A DNA stretch of 52,383 bases, filler included, from Bipalium vagum (lineage: Eukaryota): NCBI GenBank assembly GCA_037834085.1. It is 2 parts of 2 records of this genome, joined end to end, with 100 filler letters (N's around TTAATTAATTAA, not from the genome) between each part and the next. Parts side by side here need not be neighbours in the genome. Positions count along the whole stretch, not along the records: positions 20,858 to 52,383 come from JBBMKC010248075.1; 1 more part is not named here. One strand, written 5' to 3'. The translations under genes were made by a program, and so were the position numbers. The notes below the pieces were generated by a model. The model searched no databases. It saw only the letters and a program-made list of their open reading frames with translations, and was not told the DNA's origin. Below are positions 24,952-38,469 of this stretch, in pieces; the stretch's first letter is position 1; every line of letters starts with the position of its first letter.

Positions 24952-26386
24952 CAATAGAAATTTAAATTTCAAAAATTAATGGGCTTAAATTAAACAAAGT
25001 TAAATTTTATAATATTTATTAAAAATTGAATTACTCTATTGTAATAAGTTAAATTAACAAAATTTTATTGAAAATATATTACGTCTGCTTTCACAATTTT
25101 TTAGAAAGTCTTGGTTAATTGTAAAACTATATTCAAATACAGTTTTATAATATATTCTTAATCAGTAAAGACAAGAAAAATAAACGTATAAGCATAACAT
25201 AAGTTTCATAATTAATTCAATTTTCGTCCATATCTTAGAAATCTAAAAAAAAATATTGTTTTTTTAAAATTATAATATAACATTTATTTTTACGGTATAT
25301 TACCACGTGTAAGCATTGTATACTTTATTTATAAGATCTCTTAAATAATAAGACATTTTATTATTGACACTTAGTACCATCTTGAAATTACAGATTACTT
25401 TTGATTTTTCTCTTTTTCAAGACAAACTGGTTAAATTTTAAAACTATATAAATTCTTAATGATGAACAGAATTACTCAAAATGAAACCTAAGTTTGATAC
25501 AAAAATAAATGTCATTAATTAATTCATTTTGATGAATAATTAATAAACCAAATAATTAATATTGTGTTCCATAGTTTTAAAAAATAAAAAAATTAACATA
25601 CAGAATACCATGTGCAATCTACACATGTACGTGTACAATATTTCCTATATACCAATTAAATAATGATGCCTAGTCTTTAGAAAGCAAAAATCTGAACATT
25701 TTTAAGTACTTAATTAAACTAAAAGGTCTAAGCTAAAGATCTCTAAATATCTTAAATATTTTTGTGGAATACGTAAATTTAAGAATTATGTATTGAAAAA
25801 GAGACGTTCTTTAGTATGACAGAATATTTGATTTGAAATTTATAAGAGATCACGAAAATAATTAATTTACACAATTAAGCCTAATTAGTTATAAAGAGGG
25901 TAATAAAGCTGGATATTTTTGGCTTTCTCTTTGGAATGTTTCCTTTCAAAACAACATCGGGAGTTTTGCTCAGTTATTTAACCAATTATTGCGGTGATAA
26001 TTCGATACATTATGAAAAAAATACAATGCCTTTCACAAATCATTATCTAATATATACTATACTATTAATATTTTCATTTTCTTTGAAATCGTGTATTGAT
26101 TATGACTAGAGTCACCAATTCACCATAATTAAGATGGTCTGAGTTAATTTTAAGTACTTTCTTCTTGAGACTCGTCTTGATACTGATACTCTTTCTTTTC
26201 TTCGATGAAAGATTTTTGAAAAACTTTCTCCATAACATATAGAAATCAATTTTACAGAATCAATCTAAAATAGAATGGAATTTCAGAAGATCATTGGAAT
26301 AATTTATAAAATTTAAAAAAGAGAAATTAAAAAAACAGTGATTTATTTCAAATCAAAGATATGGTTGTCATTGACACGGGATGTTT

Positions 26387-27190
26387 TTAAATGTTTGTCT
26401 CTGCTCTGGCTATGAATTTTTTCCAGATAATATGGGTATTAATGATCGTCCTGGCTGCACATTTTTCCATAATTGAATTAATTTCTGCTATTTTAAATCC
26501 AAATGCTCCGAGTGTTTGGTAATTTGATGGGATCCACAATCCCCAGGCTCCGATTACAAATGTTCTGATATCATAGTACCATGTTCTTCCGAGCTCTGAT
26601 TGAGCTTCGTCCAACAAAGTCTGATATTTTTGCTTGTTTGCTTCGTCATTGTCCCTGATAGAAATCTCTGATTCAAAGGGGACTTTGACGTCTATAATTA
26701 GTTATCTTTTAAGCCTCTGATTCACTAATTGTATATCAGGAATTAAGTTTTTTTCCTGAAAATATTCCTTTCTTTTCAACGTGTATTTCCCATTCCTTTT
26801 TAAGTGTGGACAACAAATCAACTAAGATATCGCGTACATCATTGTGACTTTTTCGTACCATAGGCATTATGTAGATGCAGCTGTATAAGGCGTGTGAGGC
26901 AGTTTCTTCTTTCCCATAGCAATTTCTACAGTTGCCGGCCTTTTCAATTTTTTATTGGTTGACTAAATCATTAGTCCGATACTTCTGAATAAAGTACCAT
27001 TCATCTGTACTGTGCAGGTGCCCGTTCATCAGTTTTTTGTTTAGGCGACCATTTAACACAATTGTTTTTGACAGTATTCCTGCGCTGCACAAGTTAGCCC
27101 AATTCTCAAACATCTTTTCCTCGATTTCCTCATTTAAGAACGGACATAGCAGATGAGTTGCGAATTTGTCAATTTTACTTTAGAAACTTT
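26387..27190 (-). mobile_element. Non-LTR retrotransposon 3' fragment with restriction-like endonuclease (R2/NeSL-group type)
   Basis: CCHC knuckle CRNCYGKEETASHALYSC, then SHNDV, the PD-(D/E)xK motif PDIQL..IIDVKVPFE, KQKYQ and FVIGAWGLW; contains a stop and a frameshift; no RT visible. Confidence 0.85.
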
Positions 27191-27563
27191 TTAAATAACT
27201 TTACTTAACATAAAATATGAAACAAAACCAACAAAATATATTATTGTTATTACATCTTTTATAAGACCTATGCTTAAACAAACACCATGTTCTCCTATTT
27301 GTATAAATCCTGTACAAACAAAATATTTCTGAACTATTAATTATGATATATGGCTCTGACTTCTTGTCAATGTGAGTTGAAAATCTCATTTCTCAATTTG
27401 GAAATCAATTTCATGAAAATAAAAAGTTTCGAAGGCTACCCTCATTTCATATCTACAGATAATAATCAAACTGATAATCACAATAAATAAAGATACGATA
27501 AATAACATCTCGAAACTAATCTAAACAATAAAAAGAAAAAAAATTTAGTTCCACAATAAGTAT

Positions 27564-30500
27564 TCATTCAACAGGCAATATTAAAGAGTCGTTTTCACTG
27601 GGATAAAATCCATTCAAGGAGGAAAAATCATGCCAGTCTCCAATTTCATTGGCAACAGCTGTGGCATGGTCTAATTTTCCTGGGTGCAAATTGGTTAGCA
27701 ATGAGGAAATTGCTGTGTTCTTTTGGCGCTTAGATGGTACGTGATAAAATCGATTTTCATTGTTTTGTTTCGATGACAGAAGCAAGTTCTCAGGGTACAA
27801 AGAGAGGCTTGGTGGAACAGGGGGTGGTGTGGAATTTCCTATCTGACCATATAGAGAATGATCGAGGGTCTTTTGATGTCTTAGCTTTACTGTATGTCTG
27901 GCAGCATTCTGATCAGCTCCCGCTGTAGAATGGCTTTTAGCATACAACTTCCTTTTAGATTTCATGAGATTGGTTTCATCAGGATTATCGTTCTGATCAT
28001 TACCATTTGTCTTTGAAGGTTTAACAAACTGCTTTTCCAAATATCGACGTTTTTGGGATGTAGCTTGAAAGATTTCATTCATGAGAGCTTGACATAATTC
28101 ATGTGAACTGGGTGAAGAAAGAGTATTAATTTTATTAGGACCATTGAGATTAGAATCAACATTAAATTTTAGCTCAACATCATGCCAGACTCTTTCAATC
28201 TGCTTCATTGTACAATATTGACGTTCTTCAGGGAACAATTCAGCTTTCCCTGTAAAATTGATTTCAACAGCACTACAACTAATGTTATCCATGGAACAGG
28301 AACATAGACATTTTCCGTTTATCTGTTCACAGCCTTTTGTACAATGATCTATATAAGGAAATACATTGCAAACGGGTACTGCAATTTTATTGACTACTGG
28401 ATCAAAATTATCCGTAACTCCATCGGTACTAAGAAGTAAAATGTCGCCTGGATCACAAAATGTTAAGGAAAATGTCAAATTATTCAGTTCAGGGCTATTA
28501 TCAGTATATACTTTCCCCAATGCACCACCAGTATCTCTCAAGTCTCTAGCCACAGATAGATTATGACTTCCAATGGTAATTTCTCTGATTCCAAACTGTT
28601 TACTCAACAAAAAAGCCAAGGAGTCACCAAGATTGACAGTACAAATGGCGTAATGATTAGACTTTTGTCGACCAATATCATCAGATGCTAAGGGTACGAC
28701 CACAGCTGCACATAGAGTTGTCAGCCCAGGAGTTTCCGACAAAATAATCATGGACTGAGCAGCTTCAAAAGATTCCAAAATCCATTTGAATATATCCTGA
28801 AATATGAAACGAATATACAATATGATCACGTCACCTGAGAAAAATAATTCTGATGACATCTAATGGTTTATTAATATATTATTTATCAAAGAAGTTTCGG
28901 GTGTTAATCAGTACTTCCAAACAATAATTTTTAGCTTCATAAATCATAAACATGAGAGGAGGGTTCAATGGAAAAAAAAATTCAATGTAATTGGGTTAGT
29001 GGATCTGTGTTGAACATTTTCATTTTCATTTCAAAGCCATTAATAAAAAAATAATTCGGACTTTTTTATTTAACCATAAATTAATTTAGAGGGCACTTTT
29101 CAACAGTAACCTCAAATTTCACTCTCTTATTATGAAGACAATTTTTTAAAATTAAAGTATTTAAAAATATTAAAATTGAAGATTTCTAAGAAAAATAAGA
29201 AAAATGAAGCTCGAACAAATATGAACTTTTGATGAAAAAAAATATAGCCATAAAAGAATAGGAAGTGGAATTCTTTAAGATCGAAGATTAAGATCAAAGT
29301 AAGTAAGTAACATTTATTAAGTAACATTTCAAAATTTATTAAAATGGCTAAAGCATTTTATAATACCATTTTAATGAATTTAAAGACATTTTTTTTATAA
29401 TTGAAACAGTTTGAGCGAAAAATATTATCTCCGAACTTGAAAGAACGTCAAGTTTCTCCGTAACAAAAATGTGGTAGATATAGAAGTTAAAGGTATTTCA
29501 TAAAATATTAACAGGAAGGACTGAATAAATATACCAAGCATTTTGTTTTAAAGTATTTATCAAAACAGCGCTGAATTCAAATCATTCAAATCAATCGTCT
29601 TTAAGTTTAAATTTTAGTTCAAACTAAATCAAAACTGGAACAAAACGAATTTTCCGAAATTGATTGCTTACGTTCATTTAATTGCTGCAGAATATGTTTA
29701 AAATGTCATAAAAGTTTGTTTTATTTAACTGGTTTAGGGTGAAAAATATTTTCCATTTTAAAATCAAATTATACGATCTCGCCTTTTACGCTGATCTGAA
29801 AGTCGTTAATTAACCTTCAATTACAGCCTGTTTCCAAAGTCTAGACAATTCAAGAATTCACAAAAATACAAAAAAATAGTTTTTATGAAATAAACCAGTA
29901 CTAAAAATTATGAAAAGTTTGACGTGGTTCTTTTTATCTAAGCACTCTTAAAATATTGTTGAGATAATTACTAACGAAAAATCCCAATGTATTTCCTGGC
30001 TTATCAAAACAGAATCTGAAATTTAAATTTATTGTAAGTATAAAACTATAAATGATAAAGAATATCCAGGTCGTCAATCGATTGGCAATTGGTATAAGTA
30101 ATTGTGTAGATAATACTGAACAAAAGAAAGATTGAAAGTTCAACTATCTAGGACATTAAAAGTATACGAGATACTTTCTCTCATAATCTGACAAAATCAC
30201 TTTATCGCTTCTATTTAACTGAAAATACTTAAACCATTCAAAATGCCGTGCACAATATTTTGAAACTTTATCCATATGGAATTCAAATTATTCAAATACT
30301 AAAATCGGATGAAAATAACAAGTAAAAGGACATTGGGATTAAAATTATGCAAAATGAGGAAATATAAAGTAAAATCCAGAATACTTAAACACAACTACTT
30401 ATGCTAGTGTGTTTATAGTGCAAACGTTTTATTATTATCATTATTTATTACGGTTATCACAAATCGGTATTTTAAAATCAATTTTCCTTAACAAATCATA

Positions 30501-33361
30501 GGAATTCAATATTTGTAAATTATTTTATATTTAAATTCTAAATTTTCGAAAAAGTTAAATTCCATTAACAGACATACTTTATTATATTATTATATAATAC
30601 TTATCTTGATTACTTTTTAAATATGTAGTACCATTTCTGAAATTGTTAAGATTATTTAAAATTTTATATTAAGCCTTTACATTATTAATAATTACTGCTA
30701 CGTTATCAACGGTTTCTGAATTCATAAAGTGAGAATTTGGTAACATGTTTAATCGAAAATAATTGAATAGCTGAATAAGTGTTGTGTTTTTATTATTTAC
30801 TTAATTAAATTAATTAATAAATAACATCTTTATTAATATTAATTTAATTGATTAATTTTTAAAAGAAACATTTAAATTTATTATAATTATTAAAAAAATT
30901 TATTTTACATTAACGGTTAAATTTTAATATATTACTTTAAAATTTATTTTAAAAATATTTATAAATTATTTTTTTTATTTAATATTAATTAAAATTTAAT
31001 CCTTACAATTAAAATTAAAATTATAATGCTTTAAAATTAAAAATTCCATGGTCTGATTACACTTCTAATCACAGTTAACATTCATTGAAACATTTATTCA
31101 ACTGAATAATTATCAATGTGTAATTTTAACCAATACGAAACTTTGAAATGGCAAAAATAATATAATGAATAAATAATTGTGAAAATGATCTTGCAGTTCA
31201 GATTCAGAATTTTTGTAGAAAAGAATGATTTTTCATAAAATACCAAAAAGCTTCATAAATGATCCAGTAATAATTTAAAATTATCACAAAAAAACTCAAT
31301 GTGATTTAATGAATCTTAAATATATTTATATTTTAATTGATTTTAAAGATTTAAACAAATTTCACGAATAATTTTTTTCAACATTTTTTTGAAAGTCGAT
31401 GATTGATTTTGGTTTATTTTGTGTCAAAAAATTAATAATGAAATTTTAATTAATATTTACAGAAATGTTAGACAGGTTGTAAGATCCACCTGGAACAGGA
31501 TTATCATATAATTGAACTGTCTTCAAAACTTGTATTATTAAATCTCTGACCACTTTTGATCAATAATTTTTGAGAATTTTAATATATCAATCAAATCCAG
31601 CAAAAAGCCATCATCACAATGACAGAAAGTCCTAATTTTATAAAAAACAAATAAATTATAATTTTTAAAAATATAACCATATCATTTTTCTTCTATAAAA
31701 TTTTACAGAAGAAACGAAAGGTAAATATTATAGAATTTTAATGATGATCCATTTTCTATTCTGAGTTCTAACAGATGGTGTCTGCTTATTTGATAGTTCA
31801 TATTATTTTTCTCATTACCATGTCGTGGTTAATTAAAGAAATCTAATCCCTCTTGGGGGGGGTACATGTTGAACACAATAAAATATTACTATTGAAAGAA
31901 TCTGCGTGTGTCAAATCGATCTATTTGTGAATAAGTAAAAGAATTTTGGTATAAAGTTTTAAACAAAAAATATATTTTCAAAATTTTCATTTGCAGTTTA
32001 TTGAAAGAAAAAATTCCGTTTTAAAATAACTCAACCGCTAATCAGCGAAAAATTAATCTTTTGTGTTTTTGATCTGAGATGATCATAGAAAAATTATTGA
32101 TGCTTAACATTGAACTGCGTCAGTTCTAAAAAGATATAAAAAAAAATAAAATATATCGATATTCGAAGATGAACGTTATCTTTACTTGTGAGTGTTTTAA
32201 TTTACATTTAAAAGGCTCATTGAAATTTTTTACAATATTCAAACAAGGTTCGGAGATCATGTCACACCAGCCTTTTTCAAAGTTTTTACCAAAGAGTAGG
32301 AAAAAGCTATCATCCACACCATTCCCCTTTAATTCCATTGCTGTCCTTCTTAAGAATCTTCAATTTGATAAAAATAAAATTTTTCGGAAAATAAAATTTT
32401 TCGGAAAAATTTTAATAAAAAAAATCAATTTTAAATTATCTCATCGATTGAAATTTTCAATTTCTCTTTATTTCTTCGCACATCATTTATTTATTTATAT
32501 TTTTAAAAATTACATTAAATAACTGTTTTTGTTTCGTTTTAACACATTTTCATCATTATTCTGGAAAAAAAATTTACGTTAATTTTTCGAAATTTTAATT
32601 TTCAAATATTTTCTGAAAAGTTTTTATTAAATTTTAGAATTATGAAAAATAAACTATCTTTGTGAAATTTAGACATTCAAAATACTTAATCATGTGTATA
32701 ATTTATTGATTAATTTTTTCTTATATTTTCTATCAATTACCTTAGTAATGGCGCACATTTTTATAAAATAAAAATGTACCATTAATAATTAACAAAAATC
32801 AATAGAAATTTGATATAGTAATTAAATATAAACATAAAATGAGATATTTTGTAAAGTATCTTTACAAAATATGAAATATTAAAATATTTAATTTAATTAC
32901 AAATTGGGAAAGATATTTTGATATGCACAATAAAAAATATATTAACAAATAATATTTAAACATTTTTAAAATAATGTGATTTTTGTGATTGTAATTGTTT
33001 AAATGCATCAACATATTTCTGACTAAAGGCTCAATATTAAATTGGGATTTATTTCGACCGGAGATACGAGTTCTTCCGGTATCTTTACACTTTAAAAAGA
33101 AATGGATATTTGGTCAAGATGTTATTTGAAAATAGAACTTCAATATAAAAATCATAATTACTGCAGTTGTAAAACTTTGGTCAAGACAAGGGTCTTGTCG
33201 GAACTGTTGAAAAAGCCTTTTTTCCAAATGACGATAGCAAGCGTATACAGCGCATCTGCTTGCAAGTTTGGCTTGTCTTCCCCAATTGACTCCGTCAGCA
33301 ACGATGAGAACGGAATTATTTCCCCGGGAACATACCAAATAACTATCAGCAATAGGCTCTC
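27564..33361 (-). CDS. PP2C-like domain-containing protein (CG9801-like), last two exons 33162-33361 and 27564-28796; 5' exons not located
   Basis: GEPIADSY..VLIVADGVNWGRQAKLASRCAV | DIF..TTLCAAVV..VNLGDSLAF..REITIGSH..RDLRDTGGALG..PELNNLT..GDILLLSTDGVTDNFDP..GKLDHATAVA; GT-AG junction in phase 0. Confidence 0.85.
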
Positions 33362-33849
33362 CTGACAAAAATAAGCTATTGGGATTTCATCTTTAATAAG
33401 AAAGACAAATAATTTTAGGGTAGGGAGAAAATTCCAATTACATATACAATTCCATAAATATATAACTCCATTTTTTAAATAACAAAATGATTAAAATTAG
33501 CCAGTTAACATTGATTGGTTAACCTAATCTTGTGGACAGATCAGCTGGATCAGGATCCTTTCCGTTAACATAAGTGGTTTGTTATAATTTTTCAAATTTA
33601 ATAATATAAAAAAATTAATAGTTTCTGTTTTAAACAGTTTTAAAAAAAAATTTGTAAAAAAAACGATTTGAGAGGATTCCGCAAAATCTCATCTCAAACA
33701 TTTGAGGTTAAAAGTAATAAGTATTATACAGTAATTTTTGTCACCCAGCTATCAGAGGCAAAGAATAATAAATTGAAAAGTTTTTAACTCTTACAACTGA
33801 AGATTAGCACAATTTATAGAAATATTATATTATGTGTGTGAATTAATTG

Positions 33850-34175
33850 GTAGATCTTGTTTGGGATGTTTTACCTCACCAGTCGTATTCACCGGATATT
33901 TTCCCGAATGATTATTATTTATTAATATTTCGATTGATGGCACACGGTATTTCAGGGCAGTACTTCAACAATTATGAAGAAATAGAAAAATGGCTTGATG
34001 AATGGATCACTTTGTAAGACGAGTCATTTTACCGCAAAGGATTCCAACAAGTACCAGTCAGATGAAATAGCAGAAAGAGATGGAAAATATTTCTTTTTAG
34101 TGTTCATGTACGTGTTTTTCGTAATAAAGTGTATTTTTTATATAAAAAACTGACGAATTAATTTACATAACTAAT
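33850..34175 (+). mobile_element. mariner 3' fragment
   Basis: LPHQSYSPDIFPNDYYL..FNNYEEIEKWLDEW..FYRKG..DGKYF followed by a TIR-like end. Confidence 0.75.
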
Positions 34176-34185
34176 ACTTATCTAA

Positions 34186-35387
34186 TTAAGGGTACTGATA
34201 AGTAATGTCGCTTTTATCTAAAGATATAAAAATGAATATAAATTTAGTATCATCAACATTTAATCTACAAAGTTGTCACCGTCAAATTCTATGACCTTTC
34301 TCCATCTGGTTGTCAAATTTTCTATTTCAGTTTAAATATAAATTTGGTTTCTGGAGTTAAAGTACTCAAGCAGGTACTCAAGTACATCCCTAAAAGACCT
34401 TAAAAATTTTCCATTTAGAAATTGCTATTATGAACTGAAGAGGTGAAAATCAGACGGAGAAAGATCAAACAAGTATGCCAGATGAGTGAAAATCTCTCAT
34501 CCAACCTGCTTATTATTTTCTAGTTATCCTTGAAACACGAGATCTGGTATTGTCATGAAGGAGAATAATATTTTTCTATCGAGAAGAACTTGATGTTTTT
34601 TCGATCTGTCAAGCTGATCACAAAAATATTGTGCAGTGATGGTTTCCTCGGCTTCAAGTATTTCAAAGTTAACCACATCAGAGATTTTTGGCTTATAAAT
34701 TTTCTGGATTCTTCTCCAGTGGAAAACCATTGTTTTCTCGACTGTGTTGTTATGCATAATCTAATTTTTGTCCACATTTATGATGTAGTTAAAATGGTTC
34801 TTTATGGAAACTTAAGTGTATTCTGCATATCAGATACCTTAGAGATTTGTTCGAATCACTGATATTATAAGGCATCCATCTACCAGAATGCAGAAACTTC
34901 CCAATGGATTTCATGTGCCATTGAACTGTTGTCCATAAGATATTCATCCTTTGTGAAATCTACTATATTGTTTTAATAGGATCTTCCTCAACATCTCTCA
35001 TTTCATCTTCATCAACTTGAACAGGCCGACCACTTTTCGGGGCATTTTGAATGTCTAAAATTTGCCCGAAATCTGATCAACGATCGATGACACTTACGAA
35101 TGTCTAAGGAATCTGGATAGATTTCATTGTTATTTGCAGCTGATGTTCTTGCGTTATGACCACAATTATACTGGAATATACAATGCCTAATGTGATCCTC
35201 TTCAATTTTATATTTATCATCTACCATTTCCCTATTTTTTCTACTATTCAAATTCCACAAAATAACGAATTAATGAATTATATTTGATTAAAACACCGAA
35301 TTATCAGTAATATTTATTTTAAAGCTAGTAAATCCTGCTAATGTTGCACCTTCTGATAAAAACTTCATTACTTATAAGTACCACTAA
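34186..35387 (-). mobile_element. Full-span decayed mariner
   Basis: TIR cores GGTACTGATAAGTAATG / CATTACTTATAAGTACC about 1.2 kb apart; HTH remnant HIRHCIFQYNCGHNARTSAANNNEIY. Confidence 0.75.
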
Positions 35388-36497
35388 TATAAACATTAAC
35401 GGGAAAAGTTTTAAAAAATCATCACCATAAATAATTTCAGTTGTGTTCTTATTAAAGTCATGAAGATGTTCTCATTTCAAATTGAGAAAGTTCAGGTTAT
35501 AATTATTCTTTGAAAGTGAACTTCTTAAATATTCTCTTGGAACAACCCAGAAACCTTGTTAAGAACATTATGTAAATTTGGAACTGACAACAAATCTTAA
35601 ACTTGGGTGCTATATGATTTTAAAAAGGAAAGTTAAAGTAAAATATATAATCTGTAACATGTCCTTAATTTTTGAGATAAAAACGGAATGAACTTTCGTA
35701 TTAATTCAATATTTACAAATGTGAACATCAAATATTTTAGTGATTAATAAATTGATTTTCTCATGTCACAAATCTGATCTAAAATATTATATAAAAAATA
35801 GATCCAAAATATGCCAAATATTGAAAGAAGATTGGAATAATTATTTTTCAAAATGACAAATAGAAATAATTTTAATAATAAAAATAAATAATTTATATAA
35901 ATAAAAATCTTAAACAGAGTAAAAAAAAAAACAGATAAATTACAAAAAATATTTTTAATGGTGAATTTCACATAATTATTTTGGCATAACTTCAAGAAAA
36001 CTTTAATTATATTTTTTATTCTGAAAATATCTTCAAAAATGAACACCTGGTTCGTCAAATTTCTATTTTACACTGGTTTTGGAACGATCATATGTGTGAA
36101 AAATATTCATTTATCTATTTGTGAAACCCTCTAACGAGGGATATATTTTTTATTTTTTCTGAATATACAGTATATTATTACATAACCAAAAATTCTGTCC
36201 CTTAAAAATATTTTTTGTAATAAAGTATATTTGAACCTTCAAATTTCCTTATCTTTTTAGCTTAGGCTTAAAAAATACTCCTATTAAACCCACCCCGTTG
36301 TTTTTTCATATATTTATTCAACACAATTTCGTTCTTTACAAAAAACTTAAAACAACAAAAACAAAAAAGCACATGTGTATTAATTAAATACATATGTAAA
36401 ATTATTTTCTACAACGTTAGACCATTTACAAGGTAATTTCATGATGCCATCTACATAACAATTTAATGAATGAATCGAAAAATTATTGGATGGCAAT

Positions 36498-36611
36498 TGT
36501 GAGATAAATTGAAAATTAATCGGGGGATGTAGCTCAGTGGTCAGAGCAGTCCATGCGCATGTGAAGGTTCCGGTTCGAATTCCGGTATCTCACATTAATT
36601 TTCAACTAACA
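36498..36611 (+). mobile_element. tRNA-containing mini-LTR-like element, copy 2 (uninterrupted, 114 bp)
   Basis: TGTGAG...CTAACA with perfect TSD GCAAT (36493-36497, 36612-36616). A box TAGCTCAGTGG, B box GGTTCGAATTCC. TTGAAAATTAAT/ATTAATTTTCAA inverted repeat encloses the tRNA-like core (about 36523-36592). Confidence 0.9.
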
Positions 36612-37259
36612 GCAATATTTACAGATTCATAAGAAACAAACTTTGTACCGACGAAGAAATGTTGCATTATCGGCAACAATAACTAAAAATTCTAAGTCTA
36701 AATCGGTAATCTTCTGGACTATCTTCTTTTAGGAATACAGTTGTGCACTACCCTGATGAATAATAACTCCATTTCTGTTTGCCAAAGCTGTTCTGGAGAA
36801 AACAGTAGATATTGGATATTTTCCAATTCGAATTCTATAAGCCTTACGTGTTATGCGGTGTTATCAAGAATGAGTAAAACAGTGGTTATTTTATAAGTTT
36901 CTCTTGTACGATTCATACTAGCTTCAATTGATCTTCCTATACTTTCCCAAAATTTCAAATTTTTATGATAACCTTCACTTTCTTTTGATATTAAATTTTC
37001 TTTTAATTTTTATGGAATGAATTAAATAGTATCAACTTTTAATATTTCAAAGTTACTAGAAAAAAATAATCACCGAATATAGTCTAAAACCAAGATCACG
37101 AAAAATTGATGATGGTCTTCAAATAACGTTCAGCGGTGAGGTCGGCACCAGCAAGAATGGGCAGCTGTTTTAGGCAATTCCTAAAATGCCATATCCAAAT
37201 ATCTCAACTAGTCTTCATTGACAAACAAAATGAAAATAATACATGATATATTATTTTTC

Positions 37260-37800
37260 TTTACAGGTAAACAACTGAAAGAACATTCTGAAGAGAGATT
37301 GATAATTTTTCAACTATTTTAAGAAACTCCAATTCTTGAGTTCACATAACAGAATGATGCTGGGGCAAGGATAATTTGTCAGCGGACATTCAGATTTTCA
37401 TCTGAAACATTTCCCAACACAACCCATTCCGATGTCTGGAAAGCCCTGGGGGAGTGATATGCATGTATGAAATGGAACATCTTTTCTCAGTTAAAAACAA
37501 TTGTAAAATTTTCTCAAATATTGCTGATAGAAGTGAAAAATTTAAATTTCTTGTCCACGGTCATTCTAAATGGTATACAAAAAATTTTCATGGTTATACC
37601 TGGATGCTGAGACACATGTTTCGGTATGTATATAAAGATAGATTTATTCCACGCCTACTTCTATCACATTTCTGTGAGAAAAAAGTTAAAAATAAATTTT
37701 CTGTTGGTAAAAGAATGACTATAATTCGAGTCAAGAAGAGAGATATTAATCTCTCAAAGACTTTATTGATGTCCACTTTAACACGGATAATACCATGAAG
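37260..37800 (+). mobile_element. Possible decayed piggyBac-like transposase remnant
   Basis: ADRSEK..HSKWYTKNFHG weakly resembles piggyBac VDxxDQ..RSKKWYxxLF; heavily degraded. Confidence 0.3.
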
Positions 37801-38469
37801 GGCTTCAAAGCAGGTGACATTTCTGAACTGATGATGGACAAAACCGAAAAAGTTATTAAAACTGATTAGTTCAAATATTTATCAAACGAAAACAGCGAAA
37901 TATTATATAAAAAGCTCGTTATTCACATCGGTAGCAGTCAGATATAAAATTTGTTTACTCTTGAGCCATAATATAAACAGCGGTTGCCAACAATGTATTA
38001 AGATAACATGGTAATATTGTCAATAGTAATAGGGGTTATTTTATGTCTTCTGGATTCAACATCAAGATTTGATGTTGAAATTCCCACAGAATTCAACTTT
38101 ATACATAGACAGAATGCTCAGAAAAGTGGGGGAACATTTTGCTAGAGATCAACAAAAAAAGAAGGCCTTCCAACAAAAGTTACAATAAATTTTAAAGAAA
38201 TGAAAATAAAAATATCTACTTTTCGAGATGACTTGTTGTTATGAATATTATATTATATTTTATTAATAATAATATCAGACTGATTCTCGACATTGGATTA
38301 CAAAGTCAACAGTCATTGTACCAAAGAAACCAAGTGTCAAAGATTGCATTGTTTCAATATAAACTGTGAAAGAAAGAAAGCGAATTAATTAAATTTTTAA
38401 TAACTTAAAAAATGTTATAATAATTCTTATAATAATTTTAATAATAAAAGAAAAATTGATCAAGTGATA

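Noticed and set aside
33523-33575. Upstream exon of the PP2C-like gene (YVNGKDPDPADLSTRLG, phase-compatible donor)
   Set aside because: No convincing acceptor, an in-frame stop just upstream, and no expected family motif.
35744-36058. Hydrophobic F/I/L/K-rich ORFs (also 29130-29327, 32169-32522, 18534-18770)
   Set aside because: Composition is what AT-rich noncoding DNA produces by chance; no motifs.
36523-36592. Functional tRNA-Ala genes (here and at 788-858)
   Set aside because: Aberrant anticodon arm, and each copy is embedded in a shared TSD-flanked unit.
36498-36611. Ordinary tRNA-derived SINE
   Set aside because: About 25 conserved bp lie upstream of the tRNA, there is no A-rich or simple-repeat tail, and the ends are TG...CA with fixed 5-bp TSDs.
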